This document shows positions 20,195 through 30,907 of a DNA stretch of 64,000 nt, one piece after another. This stretch comes from Nibricoccus sp. (GTDB lineage: Bacteria; Verrucomicrobiota; Verrucomicrobiia; Opitutales; Opitutaceae), in assembly GCA_047602425.1 (NCBI GenBank), contig JASGHG010000001.1:4704001-4768000 (forward strand), read 5' to 3'. A program made the translations under genes and the position numbers. Each line of letters begins with the position of its first letter. The stretch's first letter is position 1. The notes under the pieces were generated by a model, which searched no databases, was not told the DNA's origin, and saw only the letters and a program-made list of their open reading frames with translations.

Positions 20195-22558
20195 ATGGAC
20201 TCTAATGGTCAACGTTTCTGGCTTGCCCTCGGCGGCACCTCTTGGACACCGGATATCCCCGGCACCCTTGAGCTGCTGCCCGAGCATCTGCGGCTTGCCA
20301 GTCAGACCCAAAACATCGCCTATCCGGAAACGCCCGGCGATGCGGAGGACCGGCTGAAGCTCGTCCCGGGCGTGCGCGATACCTTCGGCACCCGGGCGTT
20401 CCTCGATGCCGACGGGCTGACCGTTCGCGCCACCGGCGCTTTTTCCGAACCTGAAGATACCGCCAGCAGTCCCGTTTTATTCACCGCCTCGACCGCCGTC
20501 ACCGACCTCGCGCTCGGTTTTGACAATTTCCTGTACATCGCCACCGACGGCAAGATCCAGGTTCAGCCGCTGAGCGACCGCTATCCGACGCTCACCCTCG
20601 CGGCCACCGGTTTTGCCGCCTGGCGCATCGCCGCCGCTCCCGATGGCGGACTCTGGACTCTCGATCGCACGAACAAAAAAATTGCCCGCGTCTCCGGCCA
20701 CCATTGGCCCAAGGCCCCGGCTTTCAGGGAGCCTCCGCCCACCGCGTTTCTGCCCACGCAGGAGAATCCCAATCCGCTCACGCTCAGGCTGATTCCCGAT
20801 GGATGGCTCCTTGCGGGCGAAGATCCTGTCGCGCTCGCCTGCAGCCCGGAAGGGCGTCTCGGCATTCTTCTTTGGACCGCGTCCGGTCCGCAGGTTCGCC
20901 TGGTCGATGACTCCGGTCGCCCCGGGCCAACCGCCAGCCTCAAGCTCCTGCAAAAACCATTCTCTATCGCCTGGCTTTCCAACGACCGCTTTGCCGTGCT
21001 CGCGGCCGATGTCGCAGAGGCGATCGCATATTCGTGGCGCGAGGGCGAACTTTTTCCCAGCGGTGAAGTGTATCCACTTCGTGAACACGACGGCGGCCCG
21101 TTTCTGCACGGTACCGCAAGCACGGTTGAATACCTCTCCCGCCAGCCCACGGCTGAGTTGCCCTCCAACCTCCGGACACGGCCGCTGATTGCCTTGGCGC
21201 TCCCTTCTCTCGCGCGGAACGCCGCCGGCTCCCTCGCCACACCCTTCGATAGCGGCCTCGGTGACACTGCCTGGCACCGCCTGTACGTCGAAGCGCATTT
21301 GCCTCCCGGAACCGGTTTCACGATCTACGCCGCCGCGACCGATTCCAACCGCATTGAGGACGCGCCGACCGCCAATGACTGGTATCCGCATCATTTTGGC
21401 GCGGCCGAGCCCGCCAACCGCCACGAACCGCAAGCTGCCTGGGTGCCGCAGTCGTCGGAGCTTCCCGGCCAGCCCGGTTTCACCGATGAACCAATTGCCA
21501 GAAATAGAAACGGTTTGTTCACTGTGTTGCTTCAGCGCTCCAGCCGTCCTGTTCGCACTTTGCGCGGTCGTTTCCTCTATCTTCGCATCGAGCTTCGCGG
21601 CAATCTTCGCAACACCCCGTGCATTCACGCGCTCCGTGCCTATGGTCCGCGTTTCTCCTATCAGGATAAATACCTGCCGGCGCTTTACCGAGAAACGCTC
21701 TTCGGCCCGGAGGCCGAAACCTTGTTCAAGGGCCAAAATTCCACTCGCGCCGACTTTCTCGGACGCTTCCTCGCCAACTTCGAAGGCATTCTCACGCCGC
21801 TCGAAGACAAGGTGGCCGACAGCTGGCTGCTCACGGATTCCGCACATACGCCCGAATCCGCCGTCGAATGGCTCGGCAGCTGGATCGGGGTCGATTTCCC
21901 GTCTTGGTATCCCACACAGCAACGCCGACGCCTGCTGAAAAACGCACCCGAGCTTTTCCGGACGCGCGGCACGTTGAAAGGGCTGCGCCTCGCCCTCGAC
22001 GTCGCCACCGGAGGCGGCGTGCAAACCGGACGCATCGTGGTTGTCGAAGACTATTGGTTCCGGCGCACGCTGCAAACCGTCCTCGGCGTAAAACTCGACC
22101 GCGACGACGATCCGCTTCTCGGCGGCAGTTTCATCTCTGGTAATTCCAAAGTCGGCGATACGCTTTTCCTCAGCGAGGAGGGCGCGGAAAAGAAGTTTCT
22201 CGCCCTCTTCGATGCCTCCATCCACCTGAAATCGGCTGATCAGGCGGTCGTCGACGAATTCTTCGCCTCCCTCGCTCACCGCGTGACCGTGATCGTCCAT
22301 GAGACCGTTTCACCCGACGAATTTAAACTCATCGAACGTGTGACTGCTCAGGAAGCCCCTGCGCATATCATTACGCATGTCCGCTTGGCCACCGCCGATT
22401 TCATGACCGGACTCACCGCGCTGCTCTCGGTCGACACTTTCCTCCGGCCCGCTCCTCCGCCTGTGCCGGTGGAAGTCGAAAAATCCTCTCTCGGCGACGG
22501 CGCACTTTTGCTTCGTCCCGCCAGTCTCGATCCCCGTCTCGAAGGAACCTCCTCATGA
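20195..22558 (+). CDS. Baseplate/tail protein: N-terminal beta-propeller-like region plus C-terminal P2 gpI-like domain
   Basis: C-terminal YLPALYRE, FLGRFLANFEG, WLGSWIG, RTRGTLKGLRLAL, EAPAH; N-terminal blade-like repeats (DLALGFDNFLYIA, IAAAPDGGLWTLD, LACSPEGRLGIL). Confidence 0.8.
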   Translation: MDSNGQRFWLALGGTSWTPDIPGTLELLPEHLRLASQTQNIAYPETPGDAEDRLKLVPGVRDTFGTRAFLDADGLTVRATGAFSEPEDTASSPVLFTASTAVTDLALGFDNFLYIATDGKIQVQPLSDRYPTLTLAATGFAAWRIAAAPDGGLWTLDRTNKKIARVSGHHWPKAPAFREPPPTAFLPTQENPNPLTLRLIPDGWLLAGEDPVALACSPEGRLGILLWTASGPQVRLVDDSGRPGPTASLKLLQKPFSIAWLSNDRFAVLAADVAEAIAYSWREGELFPSGEVYPLREHDGGPFLHGTASTVEYLSRQPTAELPSNLRTRPLIALALPSLARNAAGSLATPFDSGLGDTAWHRLYVEAHLPPGTGFTIYAAATDSNRIEDAPTANDWYPHHFGAAEPANRHEPQAAWVPQSSELPGQPGFTDEPIARNRNGLFTVLLQRSSRPVRTLRGRFLYLRIELRGNLRNTPCIHALRAYGPRFSYQDKYLPALYRETLFGPEAETLFKGQNSTRADFLGRFLANFEGILTPLEDKVADSWLLTDSAHTPESAVEWLGSWIGVDFPSWYPTQQRRRLLKNAPELFRTRGTLKGLRLALDVATGGGVQTGRIVVVEDYWFRRTLQTVLGVKLDRDDDPLLGGSFISGNSKVGDTLFLSEEGAEKKFLALFDASIHLKSADQAVVDEFFASLAHRVTVIVHETVSPDEFKLIERVTAQEAPAHIITHVRLATADFMTGLTALLSVDTFLRPAPPPVPVEVEKSSLGDGALLLRPASLDPRLEGTSS

Positions 22559-23376
22559 GCACCAACACCACTAATCCCAGCCAACGGGTTGCCTACAACA
22601 ATGGCATCCTTCTCGACGCCTCGGATTTCCAACAGGAACAGCTCTATCATCGCAGCCGCCTCGCCGCCGCCTTGACGGTGCTGCATGGTTCGGGAACTAT
22701 CGCCGGCCTCAAGGCCGAGCTCATTCCCGCCAAGGATGCTACGGCGACCGAGCCAGCTGTGCCCGAGCAACTGATCGTCAATCCCGGCATCGCGCTGGAC
22801 CGCATTGGTCGCCTCGTGGAAATCAAAACCAAGCAGAGCCTGCGCCTCGACCGGTGGTATAATTTCCAGAAAGCCAAACCAGGCGCCATACTCAAACCTT
22901 TCCGGGATCTCGGCCCCAATCGCTATTTCATCGCAGACATTCTTCTTCGCTACCGCGCGTTTTCGCAGGGCCTGCGTCCAGGATTCCCAGAGCCCGCCGC
23001 CGATGCGACTGACGCCATCGTGCCTTCCCGCGCGAATGACAGCTTCGAGCTTCTCCTCGTCCCTCGCGACTGCGACCCCGAGATCGAACTCCCCGCTATA
23101 CCTAAAAGCCGGTTCGACGCCAAACCCACCACCAAAGCCGAGCTCTTGGACGCCATCTACAAGGCCTACGATCAATCGAATCCCGCCATCGATCAGGACT
23201 CCGGCCAGGGCGCATCCGACGTCACCGCCATTTTTATCACCCGGGTTCGCATCCGCCTCGTGGATGCTCCTTCCACTTCTCTTAACCGCCACGCTTCCGC
23301 CGAAGTCGTCATCGACGATCTCGACCGACCGCTCGTCACCACGACCGAACTACTCCGCCAACTCCTTCCCGTCTAA
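22555..23376 (+). CDS. CIS fibre/crown-attachment-type protein, paralog 1
   Basis: RVAYNNGILLDASDFQQEQLY...HGSGTIAGL...VNPGIALDRIGRLV; ATGA overlap with the upstream gene. Confidence 0.65.
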   Translation: MSTNTTNPSQRVAYNNGILLDASDFQQEQLYHRSRLAAALTVLHGSGTIAGLKAELIPAKDATATEPAVPEQLIVNPGIALDRIGRLVEIKTKQSLRLDRWYNFQKAKPGAILKPFRDLGPNRYFIADILLRYRAFSQGLRPGFPEPAADATDAIVPSRANDSFELLLVPRDCDPEIELPAIPKSRFDAKPTTKAELLDAIYKAYDQSNPAIDQDSGQGASDVTAIFITRVRIRLVDAPSTSLNRHASAEVVIDDLDRPLVTTTELLRQLLPV

Positions 23377-23396
23377 ACCTTCTTCCCCTTTTCATC

Positions 23397-25415
23397 ATGT
23401 GTGCCGAACCAATCGAACTCACCGCGGAGAACGAATCCTCCAGCATCATCGTCGACACCCGCCGCACCCGTCCGCGTTTCTTCGACGGGAAATTCCTCAC
23501 CGCTGCCGATCTCACACAGGAACAGACTTATCTCCTCACCCGTCAAGCCGACCTCGGCCGCACGCTGGGCTTTGGCGTAGTCGAAGGTCTGCGCGTCAGT
23601 CGGGCCACGATTTCCGCCTCGGGTCTGCCCAATCCTGCCGCTTCCGTTAAAGTCACTCGTGGCAACGGCCTCACTCCGTCCGGGGAAATCGTTTTCGTTC
23701 CCAACGAAATCACCATCGACCTCGACAACGTTGCGCAAATGCAGCGACTCAGCGCCGCCTTCGGACTGACCCGCGAACCGCAGCAGCCTTTTCAAAGTCT
23801 GAGCGGCCTCTTCGTTCTCGGCCTCCGCGCCGTCGAGTTCACGGCCAATCCCACTCCGGCCTATCCGCCAAGCGTCGATGGCAACAGCTCCCTCCGAGAC
23901 GGTGAAACAATTGAAGCCACCGCATTCACCATCGTTCCTTACGACTCGGATGCCTCGCGCAAAGACCCGCGATCCGCCCGGACCCGCGCCGCCCGGGAGA
24001 TCTTTCTAGAACAAAAAAATCCCTCGCTCCCCGCCGGGGTGCTTCCGCTCGCGATGCTTTTCCTGCGCAACGGCACGCTCGATTGGACCGACGAGTGGCT
24101 GGTCCGCCGCGAAGCTGGCGATGATGATAGGTTCGGGTTCGGCTTTGCCCCGCGTGCTCTTTCCGAAGCGCATTTCTTTCACTACCAGGAAATGTTGAAG
24201 GAAACACCCGGCGCCAATCCCGGGCAGCTTTCCGCCCAAAGCTTTCTTGAAATCATTCCCGCTTCCGGCCCGCTTCCCGCGAATGCGATCAATCGCACGG
24301 ATTTCACCCAGGCGTGGTTCCCGCCCGAAGCCCGCGTCGAACTGGCCTTTGTCCCCGCCGACGAACTCGCCGCGCTCATGGAGGACAGCATCGATCTGCC
24401 ACCCATCAATCTCGCCCTCAAACCCGAGGACCAGGATGCGCTCGCCATCCTCGTCCTCGCGCCGGTTACGCGCGCCGATTTTGGCAACACGCTCGATAAA
24501 CTCAAAACGCTACCGCCGCCGGTGCTGCGGAATTTTGCGCCGCCTCTTCTTGCCCAACAAAAACCCATCGAGGCGCTCCTCAAACTCAACGCCGTTTTCG
24601 AACTAAAGAAAAATCAGGTCAGCCCCGCTCCTGCTCCCGCCGATTTTGTCAGCCCGGCCTGGCGCGAAGCCCTCTCAAAAGTCGATCAGCTCTGGTACAT
24701 CCGCCGCCGCAATCTCCCGTCCGGTACCGGTCTCGCCGGCACGCCTCTCGCGGTCGCCAGTGAGGTCATCACCGGCACCGACCTTCCGCCGCCGGTCTCG
24801 ACCGGTGGCGGTTCAGGCGGCACGAATGATGACGACAACACCGAGACGCCGCCCGTCATCAGTGGAAAACCCGAGGAGGTGCTCTACAAGTTTCTCGCAG
24901 AGGAACAGCTCTGGGGTCGTTTTGCCTTTTTCCGAACCATCTCCGATCTGCCCGCCCACAACGATCTCGTCAATCTTCTCACCGATCCAATACTCACCGA
25001 CAACAAGCTCGGCCCGCTTCTCCAGCAGGCGCTTTTCACCACCATGGAAAACGCCATCCCGCTGATTTCCGAAAGTCCCGCGGAAAACTTTGACCAGATT
25101 CAAAAGGATCCAGGGATCAAAGTCCTCACCCAGGACATCATCGCCAAGGCCAGAAAAACCATCCTCTCCAAAACCGTTCTTCGCGGCCTCGAGGCGACCG
25201 TGGCCGAACACCCACTCTTCCTCACCGAGCTGCGCTACCGCCAGGTTCTCGGCCGCACTGATCGCATCGCCACGCTCGCGTTGATCACGGCGAAATATTC
25301 CGATCTCCCCGCCTACAAATCGCTCATGGAGGTGATTGAAAAATACGCCCCGACCGGCCGCGCCCAAGTCATCCGCGACAACATCGACAAATTTATCAAA
25401 AAGGTGAACACATGA
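23397..25415 (+). CDS. CIS fibre/crown-attachment-type protein, paralog 2
   Basis: RPRFFDGKFLTAADLTQEQTY...GFGVVEGLRV...VTRGNGLTPSGEIV. Confidence 0.65.
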   Translation: MCAEPIELTAENESSSIIVDTRRTRPRFFDGKFLTAADLTQEQTYLLTRQADLGRTLGFGVVEGLRVSRATISASGLPNPAASVKVTRGNGLTPSGEIVFVPNEITIDLDNVAQMQRLSAAFGLTREPQQPFQSLSGLFVLGLRAVEFTANPTPAYPPSVDGNSSLRDGETIEATAFTIVPYDSDASRKDPRSARTRAAREIFLEQKNPSLPAGVLPLAMLFLRNGTLDWTDEWLVRREAGDDDRFGFGFAPRALSEAHFFHYQEMLKETPGANPGQLSAQSFLEIIPASGPLPANAINRTDFTQAWFPPEARVELAFVPADELAALMEDSIDLPPINLALKPEDQDALAILVLAPVTRADFGNTLDKLKTLPPPVLRNFAPPLLAQQKPIEALLKLNAVFELKKNQVSPAPAPADFVSPAWREALSKVDQLWYIRRRNLPSGTGLAGTPLAVASEVITGTDLPPPVSTGGGSGGTNDDDNTETPPVISGKPEEVLYKFLAEEQLWGRFAFFRTISDLPAHNDLVNLLTDPILTDNKLGPLLQQALFTTMENAIPLISESPAENFDQIQKDPGIKVLTQDIIAKARKTILSKTVLRGLEATVAEHPLFLTELRYRQVLGRTDRIATLALITAKYSDLPAYKSLMEVIEKYAPTGRAQVIRDNIDKFIKKVNT

Positions 25416-28400
25416 AATTAGGCTCCATTCCCGATCCTTTTTCAGGCGAGAAAATCACGGAGATCTTCCCCAAAATCGCCACCTTTGTCGCACCGTCGGC
25501 CCAGCCCGCCACGCCGCCGTCCGACAACAGCGCGGGACGTCGTTTCATTTTTGCCCGCAACGCCGGTTCGGTGGAGCAGATCAACCGGCTGGGACGCCTG
25601 AATTATTTCCCCGGCCGCCATCTCACCGACAGTCAGCTCAGCGCCGAACAACGCGTCCGTGTTCAACGCCTTCTTCTTCGCGGTCGTTCGGTGACTCATG
25701 GCGTCGTCTCCGGGCTGGAAATTTCCTCGCGCGATACTTCCGCGGGCATCGAGTTTCAACTCCAGCCCGGCCAGGCGCTCACGCAGTTTGGTTCGGATAT
25801 TGTCGTCGACCACGTCGTCGCCACCCGACTCACCGACCTGCGCCTTTTCAACCTCGCCACCGGCAAGGTCTCCGAAAAAACCATCGGCGAAACTGGGCCA
25901 CTCACCGGTTCTGTCCTCACCGCCGTCCTCGTCCTCCAACCTGGCTATGCCGAGGATGCCGATCTACCACTTGCGCTCCAAAACGAAAACAACGGCGCGG
26001 ATTTCACACCCGGTGGACGGTCTCCTGACGATGAAGTCTACTACAAGACGACCACGACCGACGCCGCTCGCCTTGTTCTTTATCCACTGCCTTGGCCCGT
26101 CACCGTGCCCTCTCCACTCACCGTCCCGCGCTGGCAAAATAGCGCCGCCTGGACAATCTTCGAGAAAGAGGCCGAAAGCGAACCTCTCCCTTGGTACAAT
26201 ATTGGTGCGCCTCTCGCGCTCATCGGCATCGATGCCACGGGCGCACTCAAATGGATCGACCGCCATGCCGTGGTCCGCCCGGCCGGCGCTCCACGCCAGC
26301 GCCTGCTTTTCAACCCTGCGCTCGACTCCCGTCTCTTCAACGCACGTTTTAACCAGTTCTGCGCCCAGCTTGCCACACTCACGGAACCTGCCTCCGCAAC
26401 CACCCTCTGCCGCCAGCTTCCACCGGTGGGTTTGCTGCCCAAAGCCTATTTGAAACTGGTCAAAAAAACCGGCGGCGCCGAATGGGCGCCGACACAGAAC
26501 TTTTTTCCCACCAACTACACCGTCGACCTCAGCGTCATTCCTCTCGAACAGCTTGACGCACTTCTTGCCGATACGCTCGGGCTTGATCCCTATGATCCCG
26601 CGCGCCCGGACGCGGTGCGCCTCCTGCTTCCTATCTCTCAGCAATGGTTCGACCCGGAGCTCCTAAAGATAGAGATTATTGACCCGCGCTTCGACCAAAA
26701 CATCGCCCGCTATCGCGACACCCGCGCTGACTGGCTCGCCAAGCGGTACGACCTCACCAACCGACGTCGTGTTCTCGAACTTTCTGCCACCGGTAAGGTC
26801 ACCGCCGCTCCTCTCACCTACACCGATGCTGATCCCAAGCGCCTCGAGGATCCCGAACGACGCGGCAATCCGCCTCCCATTGTAAGCGCGCCGCCCGACG
26901 AGGCGGTGCAGTATTCCGTTGTCCGGGCACCGAGCGGTACCACTTTTACCTATACCAGTCAGATCCTCTCCAATCTTCGCGCCAACGCTCTCACTGTCCT
27001 CAAGCAGTTCGGGACAGAGGATCAAGACGAGTTTAAGGAGCTTTTCAAAGCCTGTGGCGTCACCGCAGCCGATCTCGCGGCCACTTTTGGCGCCGCTGTG
27101 CCGGGCTGGCTTGCCGGCTTCACCGCCGCCAGTCCCAATCCCACGGGCGAGAATAACCTGAACGCCAAGGATCAGGAAGAACTGCGCCGCGAACTCCTCG
27201 CCTACATCAAAAAACAGACCGACATCCAAGCCGAGGAACAGGCGAAGATCAACAATGCCACCATTCAGGAACTCATAAGCTACCTCGATGCGAAAACGAA
27301 TGAAGCCGACGAATTGGTCGACTCCGGCTTTCTCAAGGTCCGAACTGATGTTTTCCGCCTTGGCACGCTGCTCACAAACAATTCCCTAGGCACAAAATTT
27401 GCCGCCTCGCCCAGCCTCGCCAACATCATCGAACGCAAGCCCGCCAAGGCTGACGTCGCGGGCGTCAACAACTACGCCACCCAGCTTCTCGCCAACTTTG
27501 CGCCCTCCGCCGTGCAGACCGCCGTGGCCGCAACGAACACTTCGACCAACAACAAAACCGCGTCATCGGATACTTCCGGAACCACGTTTAAGCTGCTCAA
27601 AGTTTCCGCGCCTCTCAACCAAACCGCCTTCAAAATTCCGTCGAGCGACATCGTCAATTTCGTCAACACCGAGAAATCGAATTTCACCGCCAGCAAAACC
27701 TTGCTCGCCGATCCTGAGGTGAAAAAAGGTCTCTCGACCGAAGTCCAAAAGGCCATCGCCGATCTTCAGAAATCCGCCGATCTGGTTTCGTCGGCCGACT
27801 TTCTTGAAACCATCCAACAGGCTTCGGTCATTGAGAAGTTCGCCGATAATTTCGTGCCGAATCTCAACCTTCTTTCCCAAAAACAGATTCGGGCGATCCC
27901 ATTGGATCGGTTGCAGCCCGCGCTCGCTCCTACGGTTCGACAGGAGATTCATGACGGTCGTCTCGAAATTTTTGAACGCCTCACCCGCCTCAACCTTTCC
28001 CTTGCCGATCTCACCACCGACTTTGTCGACGTTCCTAAACTTGCCGTCCGCCCAAAGATTCTTGCCTCCAACGTCGTCCTCACGCGCATTCGCTTCCAAA
28101 CCTTGATCAGCCGCCGTCGCTTCGACGATTTCAGCGTGATCAAAGCCGCCGAAGACGGTTCGTCCACGGTGAATGACGCCGACGAGTCCAAACATTTCTC
28201 CAGTGGCGTCAGCTATGCCGACATGGCCATGGCAGCGCTTCGTGCAGTGGAAAAACGGATCAAGGAATACCGCGCTTTCACCGAGACGCTGCGTTCTGCT
28301 TTGGCCGAAACGCAGGCGTTGATTGCTCGCATCACCACCGACCTCATTCCAGTCGAGGTCGAACTCGAGGAATCGCGGCAAGACGTCGCTGTAGCCCTCG

Positions 28401-29530
28401 ACTTGAAAGCTGAGGAGCAAGCGCGCCTCGATGCGATCAACGCTCACCGCGAAAAGGTTCTCACCGACCATCTCAAGTTTCTCGTCTATCACCGTCCCCG
28501 CGCGATCAAGCTCAACGCCGAGGTCCCGTCGCTTACGATTGAACCTTCTCTCACGAGCGATCCAGTGCTCGATTGCCTTCGCGATCCTCATTCGCCTCCG
28601 ACCGACTTGGCGACCTTGCGCGAATTGTTCCGGTCATCGCCAGCCCGTTGGTTTAAGCACGCGCCGAACTGGATCGAAAAAGTCGACCGCTGGGAACATC
28701 TGCGCTTTCTTCTCGAACGTTCCTCTTACGCGACCATTCCGATTTTCACCGAACCACCTATCGCCTCCAACGGCCGTTACTCGCAGGTCCTCGGCAAGAT
28801 CTACGAAGTCCGCTACGCCTCCACGCAAAAACATCTTGCTCCTGCGCTCGCCATTAACCGCGCGCTTTTGCCGACGCTCAGTTGGCAGGACCTCCGCCAT
28901 ACCGCACATCAGCAGCTCACGCTCGGCCACCTCATCTCCGCCGGGCCCGCCAAGCTCGCCAAGGCCGCCGCTCAGGAACTCGACGATATCTTCACCGTCG
29001 CGACATGCCTCCATGAAGATTTCTGCAAGGTCCCCGCGCTCATCCGGCTCTCGTGGGCCGAGCGCTTTGGCCAGTTCGACAACGTCTCGGTCGACTTCAG
29101 GAACATCAGCCGTCTGCCCGGCTGGCCAAAAATCGATTTCGTTTTGCGTCGGGAAATGCAACTCCTCGTCGACTGGATATTCAATCGCATTGATCAAAAC
29201 CAGCCTGAGGCCCTCGACCTGATCAATGACCTCATCCGCGTTGCCATGCTTCTCGCGAGCCACGCTCCGGTGAACCAGCTCATTACTGGCCAGACCGTCG
29301 AGCCCATCACTCCCATCAAAGGCAATCTCATCAAAATCAAAGTCGATCCCGCCCATGTTCACGTGGGCATGGATGTCATTTATAAAAACCCGACTGGCAC
29401 CAACACCATCCGCGCCACCGTCGAGGATATTTCCTCCTCCCACATTGCAGCCCGCGTGATCGACGCCCCCGCCGTTCCTTTCACGCTGGCGGCGAACAGC
29501 ACACTCCATTTTCAGAGCAACCTTCGCTGA
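25412..29530 (+). CDS. Large CIS fibre/crown-attachment-type protein, paralog 3, with a long helical/coiled-coil extension
   Basis: RLNYFPGRHLTDSQLSAEQ...HGVVSGLEI...LQPGQALTQFGSDIV; 1372 aa with heptad-like stretches. Confidence 0.65.
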   Translation: MKLGSIPDPFSGEKITEIFPKIATFVAPSAQPATPPSDNSAGRRFIFARNAGSVEQINRLGRLNYFPGRHLTDSQLSAEQRVRVQRLLLRGRSVTHGVVSGLEISSRDTSAGIEFQLQPGQALTQFGSDIVVDHVVATRLTDLRLFNLATGKVSEKTIGETGPLTGSVLTAVLVLQPGYAEDADLPLALQNENNGADFTPGGRSPDDEVYYKTTTTDAARLVLYPLPWPVTVPSPLTVPRWQNSAAWTIFEKEAESEPLPWYNIGAPLALIGIDATGALKWIDRHAVVRPAGAPRQRLLFNPALDSRLFNARFNQFCAQLATLTEPASATTLCRQLPPVGLLPKAYLKLVKKTGGAEWAPTQNFFPTNYTVDLSVIPLEQLDALLADTLGLDPYDPARPDAVRLLLPISQQWFDPELLKIEIIDPRFDQNIARYRDTRADWLAKRYDLTNRRRVLELSATGKVTAAPLTYTDADPKRLEDPERRGNPPPIVSAPPDEAVQYSVVRAPSGTTFTYTSQILSNLRANALTVLKQFGTEDQDEFKELFKACGVTAADLAATFGAAVPGWLAGFTAASPNPTGENNLNAKDQEELRRELLAYIKKQTDIQAEEQAKINNATIQELISYLDAKTNEADELVDSGFLKVRTDVFRLGTLLTNNSLGTKFAASPSLANIIERKPAKADVAGVNNYATQLLANFAPSAVQTAVAATNTSTNNKTASSDTSGTTFKLLKVSAPLNQTAFKIPSSDIVNFVNTEKSNFTASKTLLADPEVKKGLSTEVQKAIADLQKSADLVSSADFLETIQQASVIEKFADNFVPNLNLLSQKQIRAIPLDRLQPALAPTVRQEIHDGRLEIFERLTRLNLSLADLTTDFVDVPKLAVRPKILASNVVLTRIRFQTLISRRRFDDFSVIKAAEDGSSTVNDADESKHFSSGVSYADMAMAALRAVEKRIKEYRAFTETLRSALAETQALIARITTDLIPVEVELEESRQDVAVALDLKAEEQARLDAINAHREKVLTDHLKFLVYHRPRAIKLNAEVPSLTIEPSLTSDPVLDCLRDPHSPPTDLATLRELFRSSPARWFKHAPNWIEKVDRWEHLRFLLERSSYATIPIFTEPPIASNGRYSQVLGKIYEVRYASTQKHLAPALAINRALLPTLSWQDLRHTAHQQLTLGHLISAGPAKLAKAAAQELDDIFTVATCLHEDFCKVPALIRLSWAERFGQFDNVSVDFRNISRLPGWPKIDFVLRREMQLLVDWIFNRIDQNQPEALDLINDLIRVAMLLASHAPVNQLITGQTVEPITPIKGNLIKIKVDPAHVHVGMDVIYKNPTGTNTIRATVEDISSSHIAARVIDAPAVPFTLAANSTLHFQSNLR

Positions 29531-29533
29531 TTC

Positions 29534-30904
29534 ATGCCGGTTCTCGAACGCCAAGTCCGCCGCCTGCGCCTCAAGGCCGCACACGAGGATCACGTGCGGC
29601 ACGGACAGGTCTTGCTCGAAGACGCCTTGCGGACTGCCACCCTTGGCGACGAAGCGCGCCTGATTATTGTCCGCCGTTTGGACCTTGGCGTTGTTTCGTC
29701 TCGCGCCAACTCCACTCACTGGAGCCGCCGCATCGAGGAATCTTTTCGAAAGACGAATCTGGTGCCGGTCAGCGTCCACGCCCCGTCCGCTCCCTATGCC
29801 GCAGCCGTCTATTTCGTCGACCACAACGAGCCTTGGCTTCAACTCGCCCGTCGCACGCTGGCGGAGCAGCCGTGCACCGAATGGTACTGGCGCTCGGCCC
29901 TGCCTGGCTGGAAACCTTCGGCCCCCGCCGCCGAAACGCTTCGCCTCTGTGTGCGGACGCTCGCGCTTCGCGGCGGACTTCCTTTGACCCTTCGCCTTTT
30001 TGCGACGCTTCCCTCCACCGCGATCGACACTCTGCTTCAAACCCTGGAGCCCTCCGATCTCGCGCCTCTCCGCGCCGCCCTTGATTGCCCATTCAACGCG
30101 CCCGACGTCAAAACACTGCTCGCGGCCGAAAAATCCTCCGCCTTGTCGCCAAACGACCTCGAACGCCGCTTGATTCAGCTGTGGGGTCCGACGGATATTC
30201 GCACCAACTTTCTCGCTGCTATTCGGCTCTCTTTGGATAACTCGTCTGGTTCGTCTCTGTTTGGAAACTCAGTTGTCTCCTCTAGCCGAATTCAACAACT
30301 CGTCCGGCACTGGCGGAGTGAAAATTACTCGTCCGTCGCGGATCGTTCAATACCCGCCACGAAATCCGCCGACACTACCTCCATTCGCTCGCCACAACGG
30401 AGCGTCATTTCACCTCTCGAAGAAACTCTCGCATCGGAGACCGAACCACCCATTTCGCTCGAACGTCTCTTCACCCGCGCGGGCGGTCTTTTTTTTCTGA
30501 TTTCTCTACTCGATCACGCAGGTCTACCAGACTTCCTTACGACGCTCCCTGAACCGGCACGCGCCGAATTTCCCTGGCAAATCCTCCGTCTCGCCCTTCG
30601 GCATGCCCGCGTGGACGCAGCCGATCCCCTTACTGTTGTCTTCGACGAACTACCATCGACCGACCAGCCGCTCGGTCGCTGGCTCCTCGCCGTCAATCGT
30701 CGCGCGCTTCGCCTGACGGGCATGAATCTCCGCGCCATCGTCCGCCGGCCCGCGCGGATCACACTGACACCGACACACGTCGATGTTTTCTTTCGTCCCG
30801 CCGAGGCCGAAGTCCGTTTGCGCCGTGCCGGTCTCGACCTCGATCCAGGTTGGATTCCCTGGCTCGGTCGCGCCGTGGCCTATCATTTCAACCGCGAGGA
30901 TTGA
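29534..30904 (+). CDS. CIS tape-measure-like protein (Afp14 position)
   Basis: IVRRLDLG, AGGLFFLISLL, RRAGLDLDPGWIPWLGRAVAYHF; immediately upstream of the ATPase. Confidence 0.7.
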   Translation: MPVLERQVRRLRLKAAHEDHVRHGQVLLEDALRTATLGDEARLIIVRRLDLGVVSSRANSTHWSRRIEESFRKTNLVPVSVHAPSAPYAAAVYFVDHNEPWLQLARRTLAEQPCTEWYWRSALPGWKPSAPAAETLRLCVRTLALRGGLPLTLRLFATLPSTAIDTLLQTLEPSDLAPLRAALDCPFNAPDVKTLLAAEKSSALSPNDLERRLIQLWGPTDIRTNFLAAIRLSLDNSSGSSLFGNSVVSSSRIQQLVRHWRSENYSSVADRSIPATKSADTTSIRSPQRSVISPLEETLASETEPPISLERLFTRAGGLFFLISLLDHAGLPDFLTTLPEPARAEFPWQILRLALRHARVDAADPLTVVFDELPSTDQPLGRWLLAVNRRALRLTGMNLRAIVRRPARITLTPTHVDVFFRPAEAEVRLRRAGLDLDPGWIPWLGRAVAYHFNRED

Positions 30905-30907
30905 GCC

